From IMG/VR virus record IMGVR_UViG_3300037851_000542, positions 160,001 to 224,000 of that record: a stretch of 64,000 nucleotides of DNA; one strand, given 5' to 3'. A program made the translations under genes and the position numbers. Origin of the DNA: a virus. Its lineage: Duplodnaviria > Caudoviricetes. Under the pieces are notes generated by a model. The model was not told the origin of the DNA and did not search any database. It was given only the letters and a program-made list of their open reading frames with translations. How positions within the stretch are numbered: the stretch's first letter is position 1; each line of letters opens with the position of its first letter. This document shows positions 1 to 8,729 of this stretch, piece after piece.

Positions 1-752
1 TGTGAATTCCTAGAAAACCACAAATACCCATTATAAGAAGATGCAGCAGAAACCTGTGACCATTTATTACTATTAGATTCTGCAATAATAGAACCAGTAA
101 ATTGGTCTATAATTATTAAAGACCCTCCATTAGGGTCTATGCCTGCAAAATTATTAAAGATATACATATTCTTTCTGTATATAACTTCGTCTCCCACTCC
201 AAAGGCATATAGTGTTGGTCTGTTTAATGTTATTGTATTACCTGAAATGCCTATTACAGTAAATGCCTCTCTTTTACCTAGGTTAGCAGTAGATGGACCT
301 AAGTAAATACTATCAAATATTGATATGTCTGTAACAGATGTTATATTTACAGTAGTAGCTCCTACAGATACTGGATTTTGTAAAACTGTATTATAAATAT
401 GTATTGCAAAAGCCTCTGATGAATAAGTCCTTGAAAAGGTATTATTTAAAATAATCTCATTTTGTGCGCCAAATAATTTTTGTAATAGAGTACCAGTAGA
501 GTTTAGTACCCACTTATTTATAAGAATACCAGTAGAAGTCTTACTTAAAGTGTAAAAGTAATAACCATCATACTCTAGTTCTAGTATTTCATTTTGTACG
601 TTAGTATCTATTGGTATTGTGTTTACAACACTTCCTCCGGGATTAGTTTTAACAATTAAGCTGTCAGAGGTGTGATCTATGGTGTATACTCTGCCAGAAT
701 CTGGACCATTTGATACATTTTGGTATAGAATATTTACGTTATCAAAAGCCAA
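1..752 (-). CDS. Virion/tail-associated protein, paralog of the 757..2043 product (runs off the window's left edge)
   Basis: Not in the ORF track. TTG start at 752-750 after AAGGGAG, open to base 3: MAFDNVNILYQ...ELEYDGYYFYTL...ILINKW...IYLGPST...YIFNN. These motifs match LEHDGRWFWTL, ILIKRW, LFLGPST and WIFNK in the neighbouring gene. Confidence 0.75.
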   Translation of the reverse strand, partial: MAFDNVNILYQNVSNGPDSGRVYTIDHTSDSLIVKTNPGGSVVNTIPIDTNVQNEILELEYDGYYFYTLSKTSTGILINKWVLNSTGTLLQKLFGAQNEIILNNTFSRTYSSEAFAIHIYNTVLQNPVSVGATTVNITSVTDISIFDSIYLGPSTANLGKREAFTVIGISGNTITLNRPTLYAFGVGDEVIYRKNMYIFNNFAGIDPNGGSLIIIDQFTGSIIAESNSNKWSQVSAASSYNGYLWFSRNS

Positions 753-756
753 GAGT

Positions 757-2043
757 CTAGGCTCCCTTAGTCTGAGCAGTAATAGTTACTAAAGCTGCTG
801 TATCTCCGGAAGTGTATAAGGTAGTAGTTACTCCACTGACTGTATTGCTAGTAGTAGGGCTTACAAACCCTGGAGTAGGTCCTGCTGTATGATCGTCAGA
901 AAACTGTACAGAGACAGTACCAACCGGCTGGTCAAACTGATCTCTTACAGTAGCTGTAATTGTAGAGGTAGACACAGCATCTGCACTAATTATAGCTGGG
1001 TCCGCAGTTAGAGAAATGCTTTGAGGTATTCTAGTCAGGGTACTTAATTGATAATTATATTGGGTTCCCCAGTCTTCTGTTGCAATAGTACCATTAGTAT
1101 TAAATGTAGCTTTCTGTTGTAGTCTAAACAGTGTATTATTTTGACTAGTTATTTCGTATACTGGTATTGTAGTGGTATTAACTTCTTGATTGTTTTGGGC
1201 GGCACTTTTAACATTATTTAAAAAATTAGAGTTTGTATCCTTGGTCTCTAAAAATAGTAAATTGGTTTCAACCATATAAACTAGATAATCTCTATTATCT
1301 TGTGGATCTTTTAAGTAATGAGCTGCTGTAGAAGATTTAAATTGTGTTCCTATGTCTCTTTGAACAACAGTTGGTAAGCTATCGTGAATATTAAAACTCA
1401 ATAATGCTCCATTGCCTCCGCTAGCAAAACTCTCATTCTGTCTATATTTATTAAATATCCAAATACGTTTAGACCAACAAAGATTGTCAGTTATATTATA
1501 AGTATATTGAAGGTTTGATGTTAAATTTACCTGGTTTCCAGGTCCTGTACTAGCTACTATAACTTGTTCAGTTCTTCCCTCAAATCCAGCAAAGGTAGAA
1601 GGTCCTAGAAATAATCTATTACCAGCCTCTATCCTATCAAAAGAGGATCCTGATACTAGGATATTATTATTTCCAGATGAAGCTACAGTTTGCAAGTCTG
1701 CGTGAAAATGTTCTACTGAAAAAGTACTTGTATCAAAAATAAAATTAGACAATCCACTGGACAATGTATAAGTTCTATCCAGTTGCAGTATAAAATCATC
1801 TATACCCCACCTTTTGATTAGTATAGACCCTGTATTAGTATTCTCTAAAGTCCAAAACCACCTTCCATCGTGCTCTAGGGCAGCTACTGAGTACTGTGTT
1901 GTAGAATCAAGTGCATAAGAGTATGCATTAGAACCGTCATCAGTCTTTTTATATAATACGTCTGCATTATCTGGAATATGATAAAAATAACCATCGACTC
2001 TGGTTACATTGGGTTTAGTTAGTCTTAGATTCTCTTTTGCCAT
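757..2043 (-). CDS. Tail-associated protein with C-terminal Big_1/invasin-like Ig domain
   Basis: 428 aa, beta-rich. C-terminus SISLTADPAIISADAVSTSTITATVRDQFDQPV...VQFS is a typical bacterial Ig-like (Big_1) pattern. Lies in the tail module. Confidence 0.6.
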   Translation of the reverse strand: MAKENLRLTKPNVTRVDGYFYHIPDNADVLYKKTDDGSNAYSYALDSTTQYSVAALEHDGRWFWTLENTNTGSILIKRWGIDDFILQLDRTYTLSSGLSNFIFDTSTFSVEHFHADLQTVASSGNNNILVSGSSFDRIEAGNRLFLGPSTFAGFEGRTEQVIVASTGPGNQVNLTSNLQYTYNITDNLCWSKRIWIFNKYRQNESFASGGNGALLSFNIHDSLPTVVQRDIGTQFKSSTAAHYLKDPQDNRDYLVYMVETNLLFLETKDTNSNFLNNVKSAAQNNQEVNTTTIPVYEITSQNNTLFRLQQKATFNTNGTIATEDWGTQYNYQLSTLTRIPQSISLTADPAIISADAVSTSTITATVRDQFDQPVGTVSVQFSDDHTAGPTPGFVSPTTSNTVSGVTTTLYTSGDTAALVTITAQTKGA

Positions 2044-2048
2044 GTAAA

Positions 2049-2708
2049 TTACTCAGTATATAAAGGCGTATATGGTATACTTACACTGGCATTTCCCCTT
2101 TGCCCTAATTGAAAGAATACTGCATTTCCAATACTAGTTACTTCTCCGTTTACTGACTCGTCTGCATTACCTATACCTGGAAATCCGGCATTTACTTGGA
2201 TATTTAAACCGTCTACTGCAGTTAGATTGTCAAATGTGACTCCTGTTATATTAGGCGATACGGCTTGTCCTGTGCTAACCCCTCTGAGCATTATAGGGGG
2301 ATTAAAGGACGCTGGCTGTCCTTGTACCTCTAAAATTGGTTTACTAACTAGTGTCCAACTTTGGGTTCCAAAACCATCAACTTCTTTGCTATAACTGTAG
2401 GACGTAACAAAAAAAGATCCTGCTATATTTCCTGGGTTGGAGCCTATACAGTTTCCTGGTGTGACGCTAAAATTAACAGTACTTGCATCTACACAAGATG
2501 TGCTTACCGGCAATGCTAAAGAATAACCCCTGCCCGATCCAGCATAATTAGTGACATTTATTTGCGTTTGAGTAGTTATTATTTTAAAGTACGGGTTAGG
2601 GCTACCTAGTACATAGTTAGATTGAATACTAGGTTGTTGTGATACAGAAACTGATAGTACTCCCTGAAGAGGGGAAACAAGTGTTGCAGTTCCGATTATA
2701 AATGCCAT
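2049..2708 (-). CDS. Putative minor tail protein
   Basis: 219 aa, Ser/Thr/Gly beta-rich, tail module context, preceded by a TGTACTAT motif. Confidence 0.45.
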   Translation of the reverse strand: MAFIIGTATLVSPLQGVLSVSVSQQPSIQSNYVLGSPNPYFKIITTQTQINVTNYAGSGRGYSLALPVSTSCVDASTVNFSVTPGNCIGSNPGNIAGSFFVTSYSYSKEVDGFGTQSWTLVSKPILEVQGQPASFNPPIMLRGVSTGQAVSPNITGVTFDNLTAVDGLNIQVNAGFPGIGNADESVNGEVTSIGNAVFFQLGQRGNASVSIPYTPLYTE

Positions 2709-2745
2709 ACCTTTAATTACCCTTCCATATAATCTTTTTAATTAT

Positions 2746-2753
2746 ATAGTACA
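2746..2753 (-). promoter_or_regulatory. Putative late promoter motif TGTACTAT
   Basis: Intergenic, 38 nt upstream of the 2708 start; one of nine intergenic TRTACTAT copies. Confidence 0.55.
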
Positions 2754-2754
2754 T

Positions 2755-2790
2755 AAGCATACGGGAAAGCCTAAGCCTTCCCGTATGCTT
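2755..2790 (-). terminator. Stem-loop, probable terminator of the 2830..4293 gene
   Basis: Minus strand AAGCATACGGGAAGGC-TTAG-GCTTTCCCGTATGCTT: 16-bp stem with one G-U pair; U tract is weak. Confidence 0.65.
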
Positions 2791-2792
2791 TG

Positions 2793-2821
2793 ATTACCAC
2801 TATTTATAAAATAGTGGTAAT
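2793..2821. repeat. 13-bp inverted repeat (second hairpin of a tandem pair)
   Basis: attaccactattt-ata-aaatagtggtaat. Confidence 0.8.
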
Positions 2822-2829
2822 TTACTTAA

Positions 2830-4293
2830 TTATGACCAGATTGAAAGAGGGGTTCTCTTCCAGCTATCTGTGCCAACTGCGATATATAGATAATCGTCTG
2901 ACCATCTAAGTTCTCCTTCTACACCAGAAGCAGATATTGAAGCAGGTTCTGCTCCAGAAGCTGTAGCTAGTCCGTTAGAGGCAGTAGTGAATCCAGTAAA
3001 TGTCTTATCTCCTGCTACACTTTGGTTTGTAGTAGTTTTAACAATACCACTTAGGGCTATTGTAACTTCGTTAGCACCTGCGCCTGAAGTAACTACAAAT
3101 AAGTCAGCATCAAAGTCAAATGTTTGAACCGCACCATTAACTGTTACGTTACCTTCTTGTACAATAACTGTAGCTGCAGATACTTGAGAATCTACATACT
3201 GCTTAGTTACTGCGTGTCCGGAAGCCGTAGGATCTGCGTGTAGAGTTAGGAATCCAGTCATTGTATCGCCAGAAACATTTACGAACTGTCCTTCAGCGAA
3301 ACCTGAGTAAGTTGCAATAGAGCTGGTTGTGAACGAGTTTGCTGTAGCAACTGCGTCTCCAGAAATAGTTACAATCTCAGTAGTGTCGATAAAGTGACCT
3401 TCAGCGAAACCTGAGTAAGTTGCAATAGAGCTGGTTGTGAACGAGTTTGCTGTAGCAACTGCGTCTCCAGAAATAGTTACAATCTCAGTAGTGTCGATAA
3501 AGTGACCTTCAGCGTATCCAGAGTAAGCTAGTAGATCAGCGCTGCTTGCTACACCTGTTAGGGTTATAACGGCTTCGCCTACACCAGAAGTTACGTTAAA
3601 GAATACTGCTCCAAAATCTAGTGAAGTTACAGAAGAGTTAACGCTTACGTTATCTTGTTGTACACCTAGAGTCAAGGAAGAAGCTAGATAACTAGAAGCT
3701 GCTAAAAGTTCAGAAGCATAAACAATATTATCAATAGCGTTGATAGTAGAACCGCTATCAGCTGTGAATCCAGTAGCCCAATGATCAGTGCTTTCATTCC
3801 AAAATAAAATAGAACCAGAAGAGGTTCCTCTTTCTACATAGAACCCTGCGTTAAGAGTAGGAGTTCCACTTGCATTTGTGTTTAGTCCAATAATGTTATC
3901 TTCAACCAATAGTGTTTCAGAAACAAGCAGACTTACGCCGCTTACTAGTGTAACGCTACCGTTAAATACGGTCTCCCCTTGGAAAGTTTTATTTCCAAAA
4001 ATCTCTTGGTTGGTGTTAGTGGTTACTAGTCCGGACACACCAACATTAGCTTCGCCTGTTGGAGATTCAGATACAGTTAAGTATTCACCAAAATCAATTG
4101 TACCAACGTTGAAAGTACCAGCGTCGTCTTTTTTAACAGAGAGTGGAGTAGAAGATCCACTGATTGTAAAAGCAGCGTTAGTTTTACTAACACTAATCCC
4201 ACCTGTTCCTGTAATTGTCAAATTGTCTTCTGTAAAGTTACCAGAAGCTACTCTATCTATACGTAGAGATCCGTCTGCTAATGTAATTGGCAT
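2830..4293 (-). CDS. Fibre-like virion protein
   Basis: 487 aa with common phage fibre motifs: NQEIFGNKTF / NQSVAGDKTF, VEDNIIGLN...ERG...WNE, SGDTMTG.LTL...HAVTKQYVD, and C-terminal G..GELRW.DDYLYI...WKR. Confidence 0.75.
   Translation of the reverse strand: MPITLADGSLRIDRVASGNFTEDNLTITGTGGISVSKTNAAFTISGSSTPLSVKKDDAGTFNVGTIDFGEYLTVSESPTGEANVGVSGLVTTNTNQEIFGNKTFQGETVFNGSVTLVSGVSLLVSETLLVEDNIIGLNTNASGTPTLNAGFYVERGTSSGSILFWNESTDHWATGFTADSGSTINAIDNIVYASELLAASSYLASSLTLGVQQDNVSVNSSVTSLDFGAVFFNVTSGVGEAVITLTGVASSADLLAYSGYAEGHFIDTTEIVTISGDAVATANSFTTSSIATYSGFAEGHFIDTTEIVTISGDAVATANSFTTSSIATYSGFAEGQFVNVSGDTMTGFLTLHADPTASGHAVTKQYVDSQVSAATVIVQEGNVTVNGAVQTFDFDADLFVVTSGAGANEVTIALSGIVKTTTNQSVAGDKTFTGFTTASNGLATASGAEPASISASGVEGELRWSDDYLYIAVGTDSWKRTPLSIWS
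3290..3514. repeat. Perfect in-frame 108-bp tandem repeat (2 copies plus 9 bp) inside the fibre gene
   Basis: Units start at 3290, 3398 and (partial) 3506. Encodes 36-aa EGHFIDTTEIVTISGDAVATANSFTTSSIATYSGFA twice. Confidence 0.95.
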
Positions 4294-4399
4294 CGTATTT
4301 ACCCCAAAATTTTATCTGTTTATAAACGTGATTGTTATTTAATTATATAATTAATCAAATATTTATTTTTTCATAATAAATATCCAACATACAAAGAGT

Positions 4400-4407
4400 A
4401 TAGTATA
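4400..4407 (-). promoter_or_regulatory. Putative late promoter motif TATACTAT
   Basis: Intergenic, about 107 nt upstream of the fibre gene start. Confidence 0.55.
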
Positions 4408-4459
4408 ATATAAGTCTTTATACAAGTTTTTATTTAATTAAATCATATATTTATATGAT

Positions 4460-4651
4460 TTAAATTAGAGGTGCTCCGCAAACTATACACTCTTTAGATG
4501 TATTTCTTGTAAAGCAAGTTTTACAGGTTCTTACTAAAGTACCTGCTGGTATTCTACTACTTTTTACAAAACTTTTAGGCAGAGGTACTGTATTATTTGT
4601 AGTACTTTCACCGTTGATAATTATTTTTTTATTTTTATTACAACAAGACAT
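4460..4651 (-). CDS. Small Cys-rich (zinc-ribbon-like) protein
   Basis: 63 aa with N-terminal CC and C-terminal CKTC...CIVC; good RBS (GAGGAGGT). Confidence 0.6.
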   Translation of the reverse strand: MSCCNKNKKIIINGESTTNNTVPLPKSFVKSSRIPAGTLVRTCKTCFTRNTSKECIVCGAPLI

Positions 4652-4668
4652 ATCTTACCTCCTCTTAA

Positions 4669-5283
4669 TTATTCTATTTCCCCTATCGCTGTAATCCTAT
4701 GATCGTAATAATCTGTACCAGATAAAGGCTCGCTTTGAATATTAATTATATAGCCATAAAAAGTGCTTGAACCTAATGGTAATGAAAAATGACCTATATC
4801 TCCAGATAATTTATTTTTGCTAGTAAGCACAAAACTTAAAGTGGCTAAACCTTGGTTATTTAAGGATACTGTTATGCTATTTGGATCTAATATATTATCT
4901 GGATTTTTATCGCTGCTTTTTTCAACACACTCGGTTTCCCCATCATCGCAGGGATTTGAATTGTTTCCAGTAATTGAATTTGTTTTTGGGGTTCCATTTG
5001 AACCGTCAGCATATTCTGTAGGCTTATATGCTATAGATGCACTAAATATTAAATCTCCATTCACATTACCTTGTGCTTTGAAGTCGGCGGATACATAAGC
5101 ATTGTCTTCAAAAGATCTTAAACACGCATCTTTTGAGAGCAGGACTTGTTCAGTAGCAGGACAGTTAAGTATTTCCTGAGTAGAATACCCAAAAGAATAT
5201 ACTACTAAACCATTAGCGCTAGCATTACCTTCACACATTTTAGGTAAAGGTTTTCCTATTCTATCTCTTCTTATGAATACCAT
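4669..5283 (-). CDS. Putative tail tip protein
   Basis: 204 aa beta-rich, immediately downstream of the hub genes. Confidence 0.4.
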   Translation of the reverse strand: MVFIRRDRIGKPLPKMCEGNASANGLVVYSFGYSTQEILNCPATEQVLLSKDACLRSFEDNAYVSADFKAQGNVNGDLIFSASIAYKPTEYADGSNGTPKTNSITGNNSNPCDDGETECVEKSSDKNPDNILDPNSITVSLNNQGLATLSFVLTSKNKLSGDIGHFSLPLGSSTFYGYIINIQSEPLSGTDYYDHRITAIGEIE

Positions 5284-5285
5284 CT

Positions 5286-6122
5286 TTAAAATCCAGCATC
5301 ATTTAAATTAAATATATCAGCAGCAGATACAATAGATGGTGAATTATTTATATTATCTACATTAATTCCACCGTTGGTACCATTACCTAGTCCGGCATTA
5401 TTTTTTGCGCCATTTTTAATAAATTGAAAATTATATGAAACAGTAGCAGGCTGAGTTGGAAAATTTACACTATAATTAAAACCTACTAGAAAACAACACC
5501 CAAAATTAAATACTGTATAAAAATTATCTTTAGATGGCATCTCTACAGAAATAGGACCTCCTGTGAATTTAAATGAACTTCCTACATCTACACCTAATCT
5601 AGTACCTAAAGAAATACCATTTATATTTTGTAATCTTCTTTCTTCTGTTGAGAATGCGACATTATCTATAGTTGCTACAGAGCCAATGTCTCCTGTAAAC
5701 TGTACACTAGCATTATCTTCTGGTATTAAATAAGTTGAATCACTAAAATAGTCTTGTTTTTGAATAACATTTTGAGAAGCCTGTATTGTACCTTCACACC
5801 TTATATTATTCCAAGGATCTTGTCCTGCGTTAAAAGCATAAGCAGTAAGAGTTATATTACCAATAATAGGACCTTTTATAGTTTTTTTACTGCTACTCCC
5901 AGAGCCACCGCCACTGCCACCGTTTGAACCGGGGCTAATTGAACCTACTGGTCCTGCAAAAACTTGATTTGGTGTAAAGCCTGCTTGTCCACCACCTCCT
6001 GATAATTTTCCACAATCACTAGTATCGACTGTTTTAAAGTTACCTCTAGTAGAGAGACTAATAGATATGACTCCTTCTATATTTCCACAATTTGCTGGCT
6101 CACATCTTATACAAAATGGCAT
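5286..6122 (-). CDS. Putative tail tip / distal-tail-like protein
   Basis: 278 aa, Gly-rich linker, Cys-rich N-terminus, tail tip context. Confidence 0.4.
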   Translation of the reverse strand: MPFCIRCEPANCGNIEGVISISLSTRGNFKTVDTSDCGKLSGGGGQAGFTPNQVFAGPVGSISPGSNGGSGGGSGSSSKKTIKGPIIGNITLTAYAFNAGQDPWNNIRCEGTIQASQNVIQKQDYFSDSTYLIPEDNASVQFTGDIGSVATIDNVAFSTEERRLQNINGISLGTRLGVDVGSSFKFTGGPISVEMPSKDNFYTVFNFGCCFLVGFNYSVNFPTQPATVSYNFQFIKNGAKNNAGLGNGTNGGINVDNINNSPSIVSAADIFNLNDAGF

Positions 6123-6131
6123 ATAATTTAA

Positions 6132-6139
6132 ATAGTATA
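6132..6139 (-). promoter_or_regulatory. Putative late promoter motif TATACTAT
   Basis: Sits in a 22-nt intergenic gap, 10 nt upstream of the 6122 ATG. Confidence 0.5.
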
Positions 6140-6144
6140 ATTAG

Positions 6145-6825
6145 TTACTTACTGGAAAAGACGGCAAAAGCAGGTCCTCCGCCCCTTTCGCTTAAATCCA
6201 ATTTTTCGTGAGTATGTAGACCCAAACCACCTCCTCCACCAGGCGGTCCAACTTTAGGCATAGGATCTGCTAAGGCTATTGTAGGGTGAATGCTACTTAT
6301 AGTGTTACTTTGACCTGCGGATAAAAGGTTATTCATTTCTCTAAAATTAGGACTATTAGATACCACACTAATCGGAGAAAAAGTTCTGTCAATATCGTAT
6401 AAACTCGGAGGATCGTCAAAACCTAGAAAAGCACGTTCTTCTATATTTGTTATCATAGCTATAGGACCTATGCCGTTTAATTTCTGTCTTCTAGTGATTC
6501 TTTTATTTCTGAGTTTATAAAGTTCATCTTCTGCGGTTATATTTAATATAACATTTCCTGCACAATCTCCCGATGCCGCCGAATTTATACTTACAATTAT
6601 TCCTCTAAAGACATTTTGAGATTGAAATCTAATTAGTATGCCACCTCCTGATAATCCTAGTGCTAACTTTTCTGTAGAATCTGAAATCTTTAAAGATACA
6701 CTTGCTTTGCTCACTTGTCCTCTTGATCTTTTTACACCTGCTGATAAAACATTAGGTGTAGATACTATCAGATCTCCAAGTTTTACTTCACATAATGCAG
6801 GTGTATATATAAAAGTATCTGCCAT
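6145..6825 (-). CDS. Baseplate hub-like (gp27/gpD N-domain-like) protein with C-terminal HxH
   Basis: Pattern ...VFRGIIVSI...VILNITAED.LYKL resembles hub N-terminal domains; ends with a Gly-rich linker and LHTHE. Confidence 0.5.
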   Translation of the reverse strand: MADTFIYTPALCEVKLGDLIVSTPNVLSAGVKRSRGQVSKASVSLKISDSTEKLALGLSGGGILIRFQSQNVFRGIIVSINSAASGDCAGNVILNITAEDELYKLRNKRITRRQKLNGIGPIAMITNIEERAFLGFDDPPSLYDIDRTFSPISVVSNSPNFREMNNLLSAGQSNTISSIHPTIALADPMPKVGPPGGGGGLGLHTHEKLDLSERGGGPAFAVFSSK

Positions 6826-6830
6826 ATATT

Positions 6831-8723
6831 TTATGTCTCAATGGGACTGTTTAATATCCTCACTTCCACACTATCTCCAGGGTATAATGGTCTAGTAAGT
6901 GTATTTAAAGCTTCCATCTGACCAAACCCATCGACTTGAACAATAAACTGACCTGCTGAATTATTTCCCGCAACTATTACACCCCTGCGTGTTAATGTTT
7001 CTGTTCTTTTAACATACTGGGAGTCATTAAAAGATTGTACTGAATAATACTTAGCTCCTGTAGTAATGCTAGTCGTAAAAGAGTTTTGATCTGAATATGT
7101 GTGTTCTATAGAAAGTACTACACTATTGTCTAGTAAATTTCCAGGCATTATTGTGTAACCACCTGTAGTATAAGTTTTAGTTATAGTTTTACCTTCTTGT
7201 TCTGAGTTTACAGAATCAAATAGTGCTCTAGAAAACTCTGCTGCGCCTGCTCCTTCAAATATAGGCAAAGTTATATCTATAATACTACCTTCCATAGAAT
7301 CTAAAACAGAATCTACCACTGTAGGATTTGTTTCTTCATCGTAAGGTCTAGGTACGTCAATTAATGTACCATTTACTGCTATGGAAAGTGGTTTTGATTG
7401 CACTACGATAGGAGTCATATAAATACCCTGAGTGGCTATAGCAGCAGCTTGTAAAAGAAGATTTGAATTTTCTGATTTTAGTGAAATAGAAGGTCTTTGG
7501 ACTGTATAACTAAAAAGTAGACTAGTTGCGAGTTCATATCCAAAACTAGTACCTAATCCTTCGACTAGATCAGCTGGAAAAGCTCCTATAGCAAAGGCAT
7601 CTCCGTTTAATGAGAGCCCTTCTCTTCCACCTCTAGTATTTACAGCTATTGCGTCGCTAAAACTCTCAACTCCAGGTCCACTGCTTCTAAAAGTATATAA
7701 ATTAGATCTTATAAGTGGGTCTAAAGCCCTTCTGGAAATATCATTGCCAGTGCCTCTTGCTATAAGTACCTGTACCGAACCGGGAGCCGATCCTGGCAGT
7801 AAGAACCAATTTTGTCCTCGTGATAATTCATTTAGTCCATACTCTGGCGCAAGTAATACAAAATAATCATTTTCTGTATAAGTGAAACCCGCTGTGATAC
7901 CTCCAGCTGCTATAATAGAAGGTCCGTCTTGGATATCAAGTATTGGTGCTCCAATTGCGGTAATTCCACCTATATCTACAATATTTGCGCCTGCAGATAT
8001 TGTCCTTTGCGAAGTAAAACCTCCAAGATAGTCTATATATAAATTTCTGGGAGTAGTGGCGCTTAGACTAAAACTAACACCTCCAGGTATGGGTGGCAGA
8101 TGCATCTGATACCCAATTAATGATTCCCAATCATCCCTTCTTACTGCGAATTGAAGTTGATTTTGAATTACTGAATCCTGGGGTGAATTATTAAATTCAA
8201 CCCACAAACTTTCATATAGATTAGATTGCTTATTCCAAGGTACTGGAAAACCACTTAATGGGTACTGTGGATGGATTCCCAGTGCTCCGTTTGTAGCGTT
8301 AACACTTGGCTTACTATACTTTATAGGTAATGGTTCTCTTCCTCTAACTACTACATAATCAGTTTTTGGAGAATTCTCGTCTGTAGCTTGTTCTGCTATA
8401 CACGTTCCGGTCATCTCAACTGTATCAAAACCTACTTTAACTGCCTGTATAGTACCATCTGGATCAGAGTACACTTCTGTTAAATTTAAAGGATCGGCTG
8501 CTAATAAAGATAACCTTAACATAGTAAAGGCATCTTGTGATTTTATATCATATCCTGCTAACCCGTGACCTTCGGTTACATTATGTGTAATGCCAAATTT
8601 ACTCAGAATAAAAGAAGCCAATGATGTTTTAGGTATTAAATTACCTTCAAAAGATACGTTGTTTGTACCCCAAGAAGGAAAAGATGAATTTTGTAATCCT
8701 GTAAAGTTGGATCCCTGTGCCAC
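6831..8723 (-). CDS. Tail hub / Tal-like protein with a possible C-terminal OB fold
   Basis: 630 aa directly after the tape measure. EVYSDPDGTI and DYVVVRG are hub-like; C-terminal RGVIV...FIVQVDG...LYPGDSVEV is OB-like. Confidence 0.5.
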   Translation of the reverse strand: MAQGSNFTGLQNSSFPSWGTNNVSFEGNLIPKTSLASFILSKFGITHNVTEGHGLAGYDIKSQDAFTMLRLSLLAADPLNLTEVYSDPDGTIQAVKVGFDTVEMTGTCIAEQATDENSPKTDYVVVRGREPLPIKYSKPSVNATNGALGIHPQYPLSGFPVPWNKQSNLYESLWVEFNNSPQDSVIQNQLQFAVRRDDWESLIGYQMHLPPIPGGVSFSLSATTPRNLYIDYLGGFTSQRTISAGANIVDIGGITAIGAPILDIQDGPSIIAAGGITAGFTYTENDYFVLLAPEYGLNELSRGQNWFLLPGSAPGSVQVLIARGTGNDISRRALDPLIRSNLYTFRSSGPGVESFSDAIAVNTRGGREGLSLNGDAFAIGAFPADLVEGLGTSFGYELATSLLFSYTVQRPSISLKSENSNLLLQAAAIATQGIYMTPIVVQSKPLSIAVNGTLIDVPRPYDEETNPTVVDSVLDSMEGSIIDITLPIFEGAGAAEFSRALFDSVNSEQEGKTITKTYTTGGYTIMPGNLLDNSVVLSIEHTYSDQNSFTTSITTGAKYYSVQSFNDSQYVKRTETLTRRGVIVAGNNSAGQFIVQVDGFGQMEALNTLTRPLYPGDSVEVRILNSPIET

Positions 8724-8729
8724 TTTCTA

